Below, piece after piece: positions 49,518 through 60,700 of a DNA stretch of 64,000 nt. The first letter of the stretch is position 1; every line of letters starts with the position of its first letter. The DNA lies in contig NW_002060947.1 in the NCBI RefSeq assembly GCF_000150275.1, forward strand, positions 914,695-978,694, given 5' to 3'. Origin of the DNA: Trichoplax adhaerens (taxonomy: Eukaryota; Animalia; Placozoa). Position numbers and translations under genes: made by a program. The notes below the pieces were generated by a model. It saw nothing but the letters and a program-made list of their open reading frames with translations. It was not told the origin of the DNA and did not search any database.

Positions 49518-49685
49518 TGATGGACGTTATGGCATCTACTCGGCATCCTGTATACTTTTTAAAATAGTTATCATACCTCATTTTGTTGACTGTAGGTGTC
49601 ATAATTGTGATATTATAATTTTGATATTTCGATAACAGCAAGAATTATTAGGAAAATTGAACCATTTTCAAGCAAGGCAACGGCA

Positions 49686-51185
49686 ATGGACGACACTATC
49701 ATAACATTATTCATTCCCAGAACCCTAAGCCAGTGCATTATAACAGCATGTTTTGGATTTGTTATCTATTTAATTTATAGATTTCTTATTGCTCCTTACC
49801 TGAACATAAAAAAGCTAGGGCTACCATTTCCCCGTCCTAGGCCAATGGTGGGTAATCTTTTCGATTTTGGCCCTGGTAATCAACATGTTGCTCAGATGGA
49901 ATGGGGTAAACGGTACGGAAGGGTTTACGCTTCCTTATTTTTTCAAATCCCAACTATTTGGATAGGCGATCCTGATATGATCAAATCCGTCATGGTGAAA
50001 GAATTCTCAAACTTTACCAATCGATTTCCAGTGACTAAAACATTACATCCTTTTGATAAGTCTATTCTGGAGTTAAAAGATCAAGATTGGAAACGTATGA
50101 GAAATATATTAATTCCTACATTTACAACCTCAAAACTAAAATTAATACTACCATTTATATCGGAAGCTAGCGATATCCTCATTGATACACTGATTACAGC
50201 TGATGAAGAGGGTAAAATCATTGATTTATGGCAGGCATCCGGTCATTATACTATGAAAGTTATCCTTGCAACTTCCTTTGGTATTCAGATTGAATCGGAA
50301 AAGCAGGAAGAAAAGCTAATGAACGCAGCTGGGGCACTCTTTCGATCTGATCCTGGCATATTACAAGTTCTCATGATTATTTCCCCTCGAGTATTCTCTG
50401 CTTTAGAACCAAAATTCGGCGGACCTCTAGTATCTTCCATAAACTATATTATTCACTTAACTAAACAAGTTATCAACGAGCGAAGGAGGAATATCCACGC
50501 TGGCGTAACATGCCGTCGCGACTTAATACAGCAAATGATAGAAGCTGGTGACAATGATAAATTAAATGATGATGAGATTATAGCTCAGGCATTTATTTTT
50601 CTTACAGCCGGTTATGAAACCACTCAAAATACTTTAGCATTTGCTTGCTATTTATTGGGTACAAATCCTAGAGTGCAGCAGAAGTTAATAGATGAAATCG
50701 ATTCCAAATGTCCTGATGTAAATTCGGTTAGCTACGATATTATAACTAATCTACCTTACTTAGAAATGATTGTCTCTGAAACATTAAGATTGTATCCTCC
50801 AGCACATTTCATTAATCGAGACGTTAAACAAGATACAACAATTAATGGCGTTCATATTCCTAAAGGGGTTATGATTGGTTTCCCAGTATATTCCATCCAT
50901 CACGATCCCCAATTTTGGTCTAATCCAGACGATTTTATTCCTGAGAGATTTATGCCAGAAGAGAAAGTAAAACTTGTACCTTACAGCTATATTCCTTTCG
51001 GTGGTGGGCCTCGTAATTGCATTGGAATGCGTTTAGCATTACTAGAGGTCAAATTAGCCTTAGTAAAATTAATGCAAAAGGTTAAATTCACAACAGTTAA
51101 AGAGACCGAAATTCCGCTTAAATTAAAGGGGTTGTCATCACTTTCTCCACTTAATGGTATTCGTTTAGGCATCGACCGTCGATAG
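49686..51185 (+). CDS. Cytochrome P450 (CYP3-clan-like), member 8, 499 aa
   Basis: WKRMR, AGYETT, ETLR, PERF, FGGGPRNCIG. Confidence 0.96.
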   Translation: MDDTIITLFIPRTLSQCIITACFGFVIYLIYRFLIAPYLNIKKLGLPFPRPRPMVGNLFDFGPGNQHVAQMEWGKRYGRVYASLFFQIPTIWIGDPDMIKSVMVKEFSNFTNRFPVTKTLHPFDKSILELKDQDWKRMRNILIPTFTTSKLKLILPFISEASDILIDTLITADEEGKIIDLWQASGHYTMKVILATSFGIQIESEKQEEKLMNAAGALFRSDPGILQVLMIISPRVFSALEPKFGGPLVSSINYIIHLTKQVINERRRNIHAGVTCRRDLIQQMIEAGDNDKLNDDEIIAQAFIFLTAGYETTQNTLAFACYLLGTNPRVQQKLIDEIDSKCPDVNSVSYDIITNLPYLEMIVSETLRLYPPAHFINRDVKQDTTINGVHIPKGVMIGFPVYSIHHDPQFWSNPDDFIPERFMPEEKVKLVPYSYIPFGGGPRNCIGMRLALLEVKLALVKLMQKVKFTTVKETEIPLKLKGLSSLSPLNGIRLGIDRR

Positions 51186-52459
51186 CTAATTGATCGGTCT
51201 GAAGCTGTGAAGCCTATTAAAGACGAAGCCATTGCGATAATTTGGAACTACATGCTTAATTTTCAACAGTAATACTGTACGAAAGAGCATTCCTACTTAA
51301 ATTGTATCGCTTTTGCTAAAGCGATTTTGATACATTGTTGGGATACCAAATCTACGAATATAATGCTTTCAGATCTTATATTATTTTCCTTTCGTGAATC
51401 AGCATCAAGTGATGATAGATTAAAACATATCAGTATATATTCGCATTTTGAATATATACAACTGTTCTGAACCTACAATTGTCTATAAGTAATTCTGTAG
51501 TCAGCTGGTAATCAAGAAAGTATTGACATCATAAATAAGTATACCATTTCTTAAAGGCAGATTGATAGCCTATTAAAGGTTTCAAATCTTTATTCTTTTT
51601 TGCAGCCCTTCCAAAGCTTACTCCTGAAATAAAATATAAATTTTCAAAGACTTTAATTAAAATCGTAAAAAAACAGTATGAAAATTTTTCCACTGTTAAA
51701 TCCCTTCATTTAATTTATTAATTTTTCAGCAAGATCTATCTATGTGTACTATGCATTTATTTATAATTACAACGTAGCACTATGATAATATTATGACTTT
51801 GCGCAATAAACTAACATAAAATTGTATAGCTTGATGTGTGCTTACACATAAACTTATATTAAGATTTTTACTCAACCCATACTTGAGAGTTAATCAGTAC
51901 TTAGATGCTTGATCTGATCAATAAAGTTTTTTTCCGAGTATCTCAACCTAGAAGTGATTATTGTCTTGTGCGCATATATAATAGTAATATATTAATCAAT
52001 TTATTCTTGTTAATATCACTTCTATTACGATCATTAAATTGTTAATAAGTTCCTGTTCGTATTTTATACTGATAACTATAATCATATCATAAGCGCAGAT
52101 GCTGATCGATTTGCAATAAATTGCTATATTAAGGGAGTACTAGTTTAGCAGGAGGAGCATCATCTAGTGTAATGTAGTAAATTATTGATCTTGTGTTAAT
52201 GGAATGCATTACAAAATGTAGTAAGATTGGAACGTAATATAATGAACTTAAACGTAACAGCATTAGACAAGCGATATTGAAGAAGTTGTGTGTTGCCGTA
52301 CGCAAGTGGTTGATCGGATGTGCCCCTCCAATTCTGGATAGCGTTGATAACAGAGCTACCTTAGGTAGGCAAAATATCGCTTACGTCCATTTCAATCCTA
52401 TACTAACTATAAGTATACCAAAATATTTTACAATATAAATCATCGATGAAGTACATTTT

Positions 52460-53220
52460 GTAATGACTTTACTAGCTTAATTTGGATTATTTTGCAACCA
52501 TTGACGCTGAAACAATGTCATGCAACTCAACCGAATGTACTCTTTACTTAACGTTGCTGACAATAACAGTATTTGTAAAATAAAATCTAAGCAAAGATCT
52601 GTTAGGTTTGAATTGACTCACTCACTCACTAGCAGATTAGTATTTCGTTCATAACCAAAAAAAATCAGTAACAGCGTAAATCAAATTTATGAATTATCAG
52701 AAATGGTAGCATGAATTTAAGTATTTTTTGATCAGTTTAAGAGTATATAGGTGTGCATACTCGTATTATAATAATTTTGCTAGCTTAGCTTGGGTTATTT
52801 TATATCAACCGATTATAAAACAAGGTCATATATCTCAACCGAATACATTCTTCACTTGATGTAGCTATATAAACAGTTTCTCTAAAACAAAATCTGAGCA
52901 CACATCTATTAGATTTGAATTTACTTGCTCACTAGCAGATTAGGATTTCTTTCATAAACAAGAACGATCACTAGCAGCGTGAATCAAATTTATTAACTAT
53001 CAGAAACCTTAGATAGAGTATCATTTGAGCAGTTTAAGAGTTTCTAAGTGAAGCATATCTTATAATAATTTTACTAGCTCAGTTTGGATTATTTATAGAA
53101 AATGATATTGCAGTAAGGTCATGCAATGCAACCGAATATGTTCTTCACCTGATGTAGCTATCAGCAATAATTTCTCTAAAACGAAATCAGAGTAAAGAAA
53201 GATCTGATAGGCTTAAATTT
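52460..53220. repeat. Diverged tandem repeat, ~2.5 units of ~300 bp
   Basis: GTCAT....CTCAACCGAAT...TTCTTCAC.TGATGTAGCTAT-like blocks at ~52517, ~52825 and ~53118; CTCACTAGCAGATTAG at ~52625 and ~52928. Confidence 0.8.
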
Positions 53221-53691
53221 CTTAGCTAACCGGATGAAAATTGTATCAATCTAAGATTAATCATCTAACGTACGGCATTCTGTTCTGTAAATACTATAAT
53301 TGTAATGATTAGCTAAATAACAATTGATTACATGCATTGACATCATTTATTCAATAGAGCCTTACAATACATCAATACGTCAATGAGAATAGCATTGTTC
53401 TCACTTTTGTCTTCTTATTAGTATTATGACGTAGATTGATTAAGTAATAAGATTATTTCCTGAAGGGAAATTTATCATGATTACTATTGGATTCTAGCCG
53501 GTGATGTACAAGTGTTAATAGGGTAACTTTTTGGCTACTATTTAAGTTGTTGCTCATGTCATTAGCATTTATAACGTTCCACTAATGTACTGATAAAGTG
53601 GGAAGCTTGCAATTTCGTCTGTGCTTCATGAACTATTCATCGCATCAGTTGTGATACAATAACAGAAGCTAGTAAGAAATTGTTGGCAGCA

Positions 53692-55210
53692 ATGGCTGAA
53701 GGCATTGGATCGGTATTAATGTCGTGGGTACAATCGCAATCATCGACAACATTGTTGTTTATGGTGGTGATTTGCGGTTTTATAACACTACTTGTTAAAG
53801 ATTACGTTATTCCTTACAGAACTATTCTTGCAACCGGATTGAAGGGTCCTATACCCAAACCTTTTATTGGTAATGTCTTTGATTACGGTGGTGTTTGTCA
53901 ACATAGAGGTCAACTTAAACGTCAAGAAAAATATGGGAAAATTTATACTTTACTACATTATCACATACCAACTGTGTATATAGGTGACCCGGAGATAATA
54001 AAAACGATTATGGTCAAAGAGTTTTCTAATTTTACTAATCGATTCCCTGTTAATAAAGCACATCATCCATTCGATAAAACGGTAGTAAGAGCTGATGATG
54101 ACGACTGGAAACGTCTACGAACTTTATTGATACCGTCATTTAGCGCGTCAAAGCTTAAAACTAACGTTCCATTTATTAATAATTTTACCAATGATGTAAT
54201 TGATAAATTCCTACAGGCTGAGCACCAAGTTAAATCTGTCGATGTCTGGAAAACATTTGGAAATCTTAGTATGAGCACCATCATTGCTACAGTATTTGGG
54301 ATTGAGTTTAAGTCCAAAAAACATAAGGAAAAAGTAATTACAGCCGCAAGTGCCTTACTGAGAAATCAAACTAATTTGTTGCAACTTGTACTTATTTACG
54401 CGTATCTAGCCTTAGCATTGTGGGAACCAATAACTGGAGGGAAAATTATTAGATCTGTATATTACTTGCGTGATACGATTGTAGGTGTTATTCAGGAACG
54501 GCGTAAAAATCTGAAACAAGGTATTCCATGCCGCAGAGATATCTTGCCACATACTGTATGATTGAAGCAGGTGATCGGGATCGGCTTAACAATGAAGAAG
54601 TTGTAAGTCAAGCTATCATTTTCCTAGTGGCTGGTTACGAAACTACAGCAAGTACATTAGCATTTCTATGCTACACACTCGCAGTTAATCCAGACGTCCA
54701 GCAGAAACTTATACACGAAATCGATTCTAAATGTCCTGACGAAGAGACTTTAAAATTATGAAACTGTTCTTGATTTGTCTTACTTAGAAATGGTTGTCAA
54801 TGAAACTTTGAGACTATTCTACCGCATTCTTCATCACTAGACAAGCTAAACGCGATATTAATGTACATGAAGTGTTTATTCCGAAAAATAGTATGGTCGT
54901 TTTTCCAATATATGCAGTTCATCACAACCCTGAATTATGGCCCGACGCTGATAAATTTATTCCTGAACGCTTTAGTTCAGAAAAGAAAGCAAGGCGTCAC
55001 CCATACAGCTATATCCCATTTGGTGGAGGTCCACGAATTTGCATTGGCATGAAATTGGCTCTGTTGGAAGTAAAGCTAGCGTTAGTGAAAATTTTGCATC
55101 GTGTTGAATTTGTGACCTGTAAGGAGACTAAAATACCTTTAAAGTTAAGAACTGGTTCAACAGCGTCGCCGGAGAGCGGTGTGTATTTAAAAACTAGGAG
55201 AAGGCATTAA
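53692..55210 (+). pseudogene. Cytochrome P450 member 9, frameshifted pseudogene
   Basis: Full-length homology (WKRLR, AGYETT, ETLR, PERF, FGGGPRICIG) broken by +5 nt at 54554-54558, +1 A at ~54752-54755 and -2 nt at ~54817-54820. Confidence 0.92.
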
Positions 55211-56629
55211 AATGAAGGATCGAATTTGGGTATTTGAATCTTGCAAATTTATTAAAGACCGAGCACTTTTAATCCACTCTTTTGCAGTTTATAAGCATGA
55301 TTTTACTTAGTGATTGTGCAGGTATTGATTTTATTCTCGATTTTATTATAGTACGTGTGTAAAAACTGATTGAATATTTCAGTGAAGTCAGTGAATTAAT
55401 TCTTGAAATTAAAAATTTGCTTGTACTTTGTTTTGTTCTTCAACTGTACAATCATAATTTATTGGCTATGAATCATTATCCTGACCTTAAATATCATTCA
55501 ATTAATTAATTTAATTTTAATGCATCGATGGGCTTTATTATATCTATAATATATTCACATCAAAATATAATTTATTCTTCAACAGCAGTCTCGACTATTT
55601 TTCTTTAAAATTCGAGTTAATAAGATATTCTTAATGTAGTTGTCGTCATAAGAATACTCTACAAAATACCGATTCAGAATAAGCGACGATTCAACTATTC
55701 CTGTGTTAAGCGGTGATTTGCGATACGCCCAATTCAGTCCAATTTTGTCAAGGTACATATAAAATGTATTTGTAATAAAAAGTGACAGTAATCATGAAAT
55801 TATATTGTTAGTAAATCTTGTCTTGCGAAAATATTTTTCATGTAAGCGAATGCCTTCATGAATTCATTAATAACTAGACTGTAAGATGACACTTTGTATG
55901 ATATACTTGTACGCAACATGCTTAACGTCAAGAAGTTTAAAAATGAGCTGTAAGATGGACTTGATTCGAGTTGCCAGCTCAATGTACTGTCAGCTAATTG
56001 TTTGGGTAATAGGTTTTTATTCATCAATTTGTAGTTCATTGATCAATCGAACGCATTGTATAAAACCCCGCAAAATTGCAATCCAAAATCAACTACGGTC
56101 TAGAAATGGCACGTCATACTGGCATGGTATTGATATTTTTGCATTGGAGTTTTAGAAATTCATCTTTAAAAAGGTGCACTCACTTTCACAAAGTTTTGAA
56201 TAAAAGTAGCCAATACTCGTTGTGTATTTAGGGTTAGAAAGTGTATCATTTGTAGTTGAGAATGTAGTATTTGGTTTTCATTTGTACTGCAGTACTACGC
56301 TGTCGATAATTTTTCGCGCATCAAAATGGGAATGATTGCTAGGACCATTTTGCGGTCAAGATCCATCGATTGTCGAGGTTTCTCCATCCGTCCGTCTACT
56401 ACGCCGAACGCGTCATGACTAATGGGATGACACCATTTTATTTTGGGGTGAGACAGGGACAAAAAATCCAAACTTGGAATGTCGTTCCACAGTAGTCAGT
56501 CAAGCCACCACGGTGTCCATCAACACGCTACAGTTTGCCTCTACACCGTGATAGATCGGCGTGATCGACTTGATTGAAATGATTTGACGACATTAGAAAA
56601 GCAAAAGCATTCTGAGTACGGTATTATTA

Positions 56630-57512
56630 TATACAGTACAGTACATTGGTTGTGTAGTAATATCTCCGTGGATATGACAGTGGTACAGTACTGTAGATTT
56701 TGTATTTTGGAATTTTTTTTGCCTGTTAGAAAACTGAAAACTTTGCGCTCTACCAAGCAACAGTACCGACGTGTTGTCATGCTGCACAACTGAACGACGT
56801 GAAGCGCAATGACGTATGATACCATACCATCGTCAGGCATGATGATGCCAATCATACGATACGGTGTGGTTACTGTGGTACAGTACCGTACTTGTACAGT
56901 GTACAGTCTTGTATTGTTGTACTGTACAGTACAGTACAGTACAGTACAATACAGTACTGTACAATAGAGAAAATGGAACAAAGTACTGTAAAATTTCAAC
57001 CCTAGTTGCGGCCTGGTGTTATCAGGTGCCAGTACTGTGTCTACTGTACCAGTAAACAGCCCGTCGCCAGGTACAGTACTGTGCTCAAGCGTAAACAAGC
57101 GATAGTCACGTGAGTACAGTCTTGTACTTTACACTGTACACTGTAGCGCTACCTTCAGCTGCAGTCCATCTTGCGTACAGACGGTACAGTACTGTAGTCT
57201 CCCATACTACCATATAGGCGATTACCAACGTCTAGGCTACTGACGACAAATATCATCTCAGGCACTAGCATCAAGCCAGTAATCATATCGACGTCAGACT
57301 ATCGGTTTGGTAAGGTAGGTTGCCTTTACTGTAGGCGTTTTGCCCCAATTTGTTACAGTGGCAGAATACTCTACCGTCAGCGTACATGACGAAGAGCAAC
57401 ATTAGAGATTTGCTACAATCCTAGTACTGTACCGTACAGTGGGTACAGCAAAGGCGCGAAAGTATACAAGTAGCCTGTACGTACGGGAACAGTGTTTAGT
57501 ACGGCTGTTACG
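56630..57512. repeat. Large mixed-orientation TA(CAG/CTG/CCG/CGG)TA cluster in a GC-richer, CpG-containing probable promoter region of the importin-alpha-like gene
   Basis: TACAGTACCGTA at 56879; TACTGTA(CAGTA)4 at 56919-56946; TACAGTACTGTA at 56950 and 57186; TACTGTACCGTACAG at 57425. Confidence 0.9.
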
Positions 57513-57776
57513 GTGAAGTAGTTTGGCGCGCGTTTACGTTCTTCATTTTCATAGTGTACAGTTTTGCTTTGCTGCTTGTCCGACACTTTCAGCGGTCGTC
57601 ATAGTTGATGCAAAAGTTACTGCACCTATCTATCACTACCAATACAACTTTTTAAATTTACTATAGAAATATTTTGTAAACTTTTACTGCTGTAAGGCCA
57701 ATCCCTTGCCAAATTTCTCTTCTTACAAGCTATTTTGACACGGAATATCTTTGGAACAGATTGGATTGATCTGGAA

Positions 57777-60700
57777 ATGGCGCGATTCAAAGCTACTGCA
57801 AGAAAGAGTGACTCATGGCAAGCCAAGAAATTCTTCTATAAGAAAGTGAGTAATTGTGTTGATGTTGTGGATTCCATGATACTCTTATACTTCATGTTCT
57901 ATACCGGCTGCAATAGTATGCATGCCATGGATAATCATCCAAAAATATTTCCGGGTAGAATATTATTTTGAGGATGGGTAAATTTCCACACGGCAAGTTC
58001 TCGAATATAAGAGGTCGAAAAAATTTTTTCCAGAATCTCACTTTAATGTAAAATTGTTTTTCAAGTTAATAAAGTAATATGTGTCTTATACTCGTTTATG
58101 CACACAGTAGTCAATGGATACTAGCGTATTAGTTTATTTTAATTTTTTATTAAGTACAAGTACGTTGGAGTTAGATGATCTGCTAGTCGCCTTTCATAGT
58201 ATTGCAAGATTTTAAAGAATTTTCTCTTTATTTCTGGTGAAAAATTTGGCAACTTTTTTATTATGTATATTCTAATTTTATTTCTACGCGCGCCATTCTA
58301 CTTGGGTAATACCGTCGATTTTTCTGCTTGTTCAAAATTGCATCCATTGCAATAATTGAGACGCTATTGCTGCTGTAGTAAGCAAATACTCAACAAATCA
58401 TGATCGCTGCAGTGTTTCTATCGGACTGCATTGATTTCTACAGGCTTACTCAACCAAATCGCCGCTTTCTATCGTGGACTGTAGTGCGCAATAGTTTAAA
58501 CTAGTGATCGCTTTGAGAAAATGGAAACCAAGACTGTCGAAACAATGTAAACTGAAGTAAATTGCGTTATACTACACTGTTCATTGACAGTACAGTGGAT
58601 GAAAGTGTTGACGGTGACCCAAGTCATATACGAGTATATACAGTATATTATATATTATAGATTGTGATGATGATACGTTCGTTTGTGGTTTGTAGTATTA
58701 AATTTGTACCGTACGTTGGAGTCTAATGGATTAGACCTTCACGACTATAGGTGTGCTAAACAAGGACGCTAGGGCGCTCTCTATGTTCTGTATTTTTCAC
58801 GGCCTAATTGCAACAACATTATTATTTGTCCAAGAAAAAAGAACGATGAACGTCCCAGTAGCATATAGCCCCTGCAACTGCCATAAACCCACCAAGAAAA
58901 AAAGAGCCAAATTGACCCAACTGTATCACATGATTCAGTCTCACTCTTGCCTACAGTAGATGTCACTGTACAGTACAATACCGTACAGTGTTTACATTGT
59001 AAGGACAGTACTGTAGAAAAGATTTCCTTGTTTTGCATCCAGACGTCATACAGTACGTACTGTACGGTATTTTTATGTACCTTTAGGCGACTGTACTGAG
59101 TGTGCGTACAGTAGTGTTCTTGGTAGACTTTTCTGTCATTTTGATACCGTAATCTTCATTGTCACCAGCGAGTTTACTATGCATTTTCGTTCCTGATTGG
59201 TACCCAGCATAAGACACAGTATCTAGGCGCCAAGGAGCGCTCCATTTGAAAAAATAAAACAAGAGAAATCGAGTCCTACGCCTTAAAATGAAATTGACCG
59301 ATAGTTTATAAGCTGATGAGAAAATGTAAACTTACATCATAGTATTCAACAGCCAGCTACAGTGATGACAGGGTTAACGAATTACTCTTGCAACCATAAC
59401 TCGCTCATGCAACCGAAATAGAATACCTTGCTATCAAATGAATCGATGCAAGGACTATGATAGGCCGTAAGATTGAGCATAGCTCACATCCACTTGGGCT
59501 TTACCAAATGGATGGTGGTATCACCCACCAATGAAGGAATTAATGAATTGAGAATCGTTATGTCATTAATGGTAGTTGATTATTGCCTGACGGCAACTGG
59601 CAACGCATTCGGCGTCACTGGACTGCCTTGTTATTTCTATGCTGATTGAGCGATTGAAGTAGACATTGGTCTATAGAGAACCGTAGATGTAATTTACTAG
59701 CCTATGACAGGACGTACTGTACTGTTGTATATATATATGCACTTGGTAATTTAATTTGGATTTGTTGAGGACAATTCCATAGCTTCAAGTCAGGATACAG
59801 TACTGCACTGTATGTCTACGATTGTTGCCAAGGTGTTATTACCTTACTTTCAAATATCAACGATTACTACTAATTAAATGATTGCTTACGACACTGATTC
59901 CTAGATTAGAATCCTGAGGCTGTGTGATATCTTTACGAAGTGTTGGTAGATTGCTAAAATTGACTACTGGATCGTGGTTCTTTTTGCACCTACCTATAGC
60001 GATTTGTTGATTTTAAAACTTTGATCTCTTTTTTTTTTGACTTAGCTGACCGTAGAGAAGCTAAATGCCTTGAAAACTCAGATGAGATCGCGAGATCTGA
60101 ATACAGTTTTAACTGCTATCCGAGAATTTTGCCAGCATTTGCGAAATAGAGGTATCTTTGACAAGTAATTTGTAGAGTTCTAAATACAATCATCTGGCGC
60201 CTTAAATTACGAAAAGTTAGAATGTTCTTTCAGTGATTCACTCAAAATATAAAAGATATAGAGTTTTCGTCACGAACTAAAAATAATTTTGTAAGACCGA
60301 AGTGTCCAATACACTCTTTTGAGAAGTTTCTTAATTTTACCCATTCCAATGTGTGGTAGAATGGAAATAAGATGACATTTGCTAAATAGCTAACTTATTA
60401 TCTAACACAATGGATCAATATTATTGTTGATGCGTTTAGAATACAGAAAGTCTCTTATTCGACAAATTGTCGACTCCGAGCTTGTTCCAGTATTTGTAAA
60501 ATTTTTGCGATCGCCAAATGCTGAAATTGTTACTGAAGCCAGCTACGTCTTAGCCGTTGTTTCTAGCGGAAAAGTAGACGAAATGAGGCAAATTCTTAAT
60601 GATTTCCCTCGTCACCGCTACCCGAAATTGTTGGTTAGTAAAGATGTGGATCAGGACATCACTAAAGGTGCTATTCGCAACACCAAAGCAGTCGTACAAG

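Noticed and set aside
18540-54317. Short antisense and alternate-frame ORFs overlapping the P450s
   Set aside because: They are shadow ORFs recurring at equivalent positions because of conserved sense-strand codons.
56541-57098. 185-aa minus-strand ORF and similar YCTVL/VQYST ORFs near 31.5-31.9 kb and 58.8-59.0 kb
   Set aside because: These are translations of the stop-poor pentamer repeats, with no domain signal.
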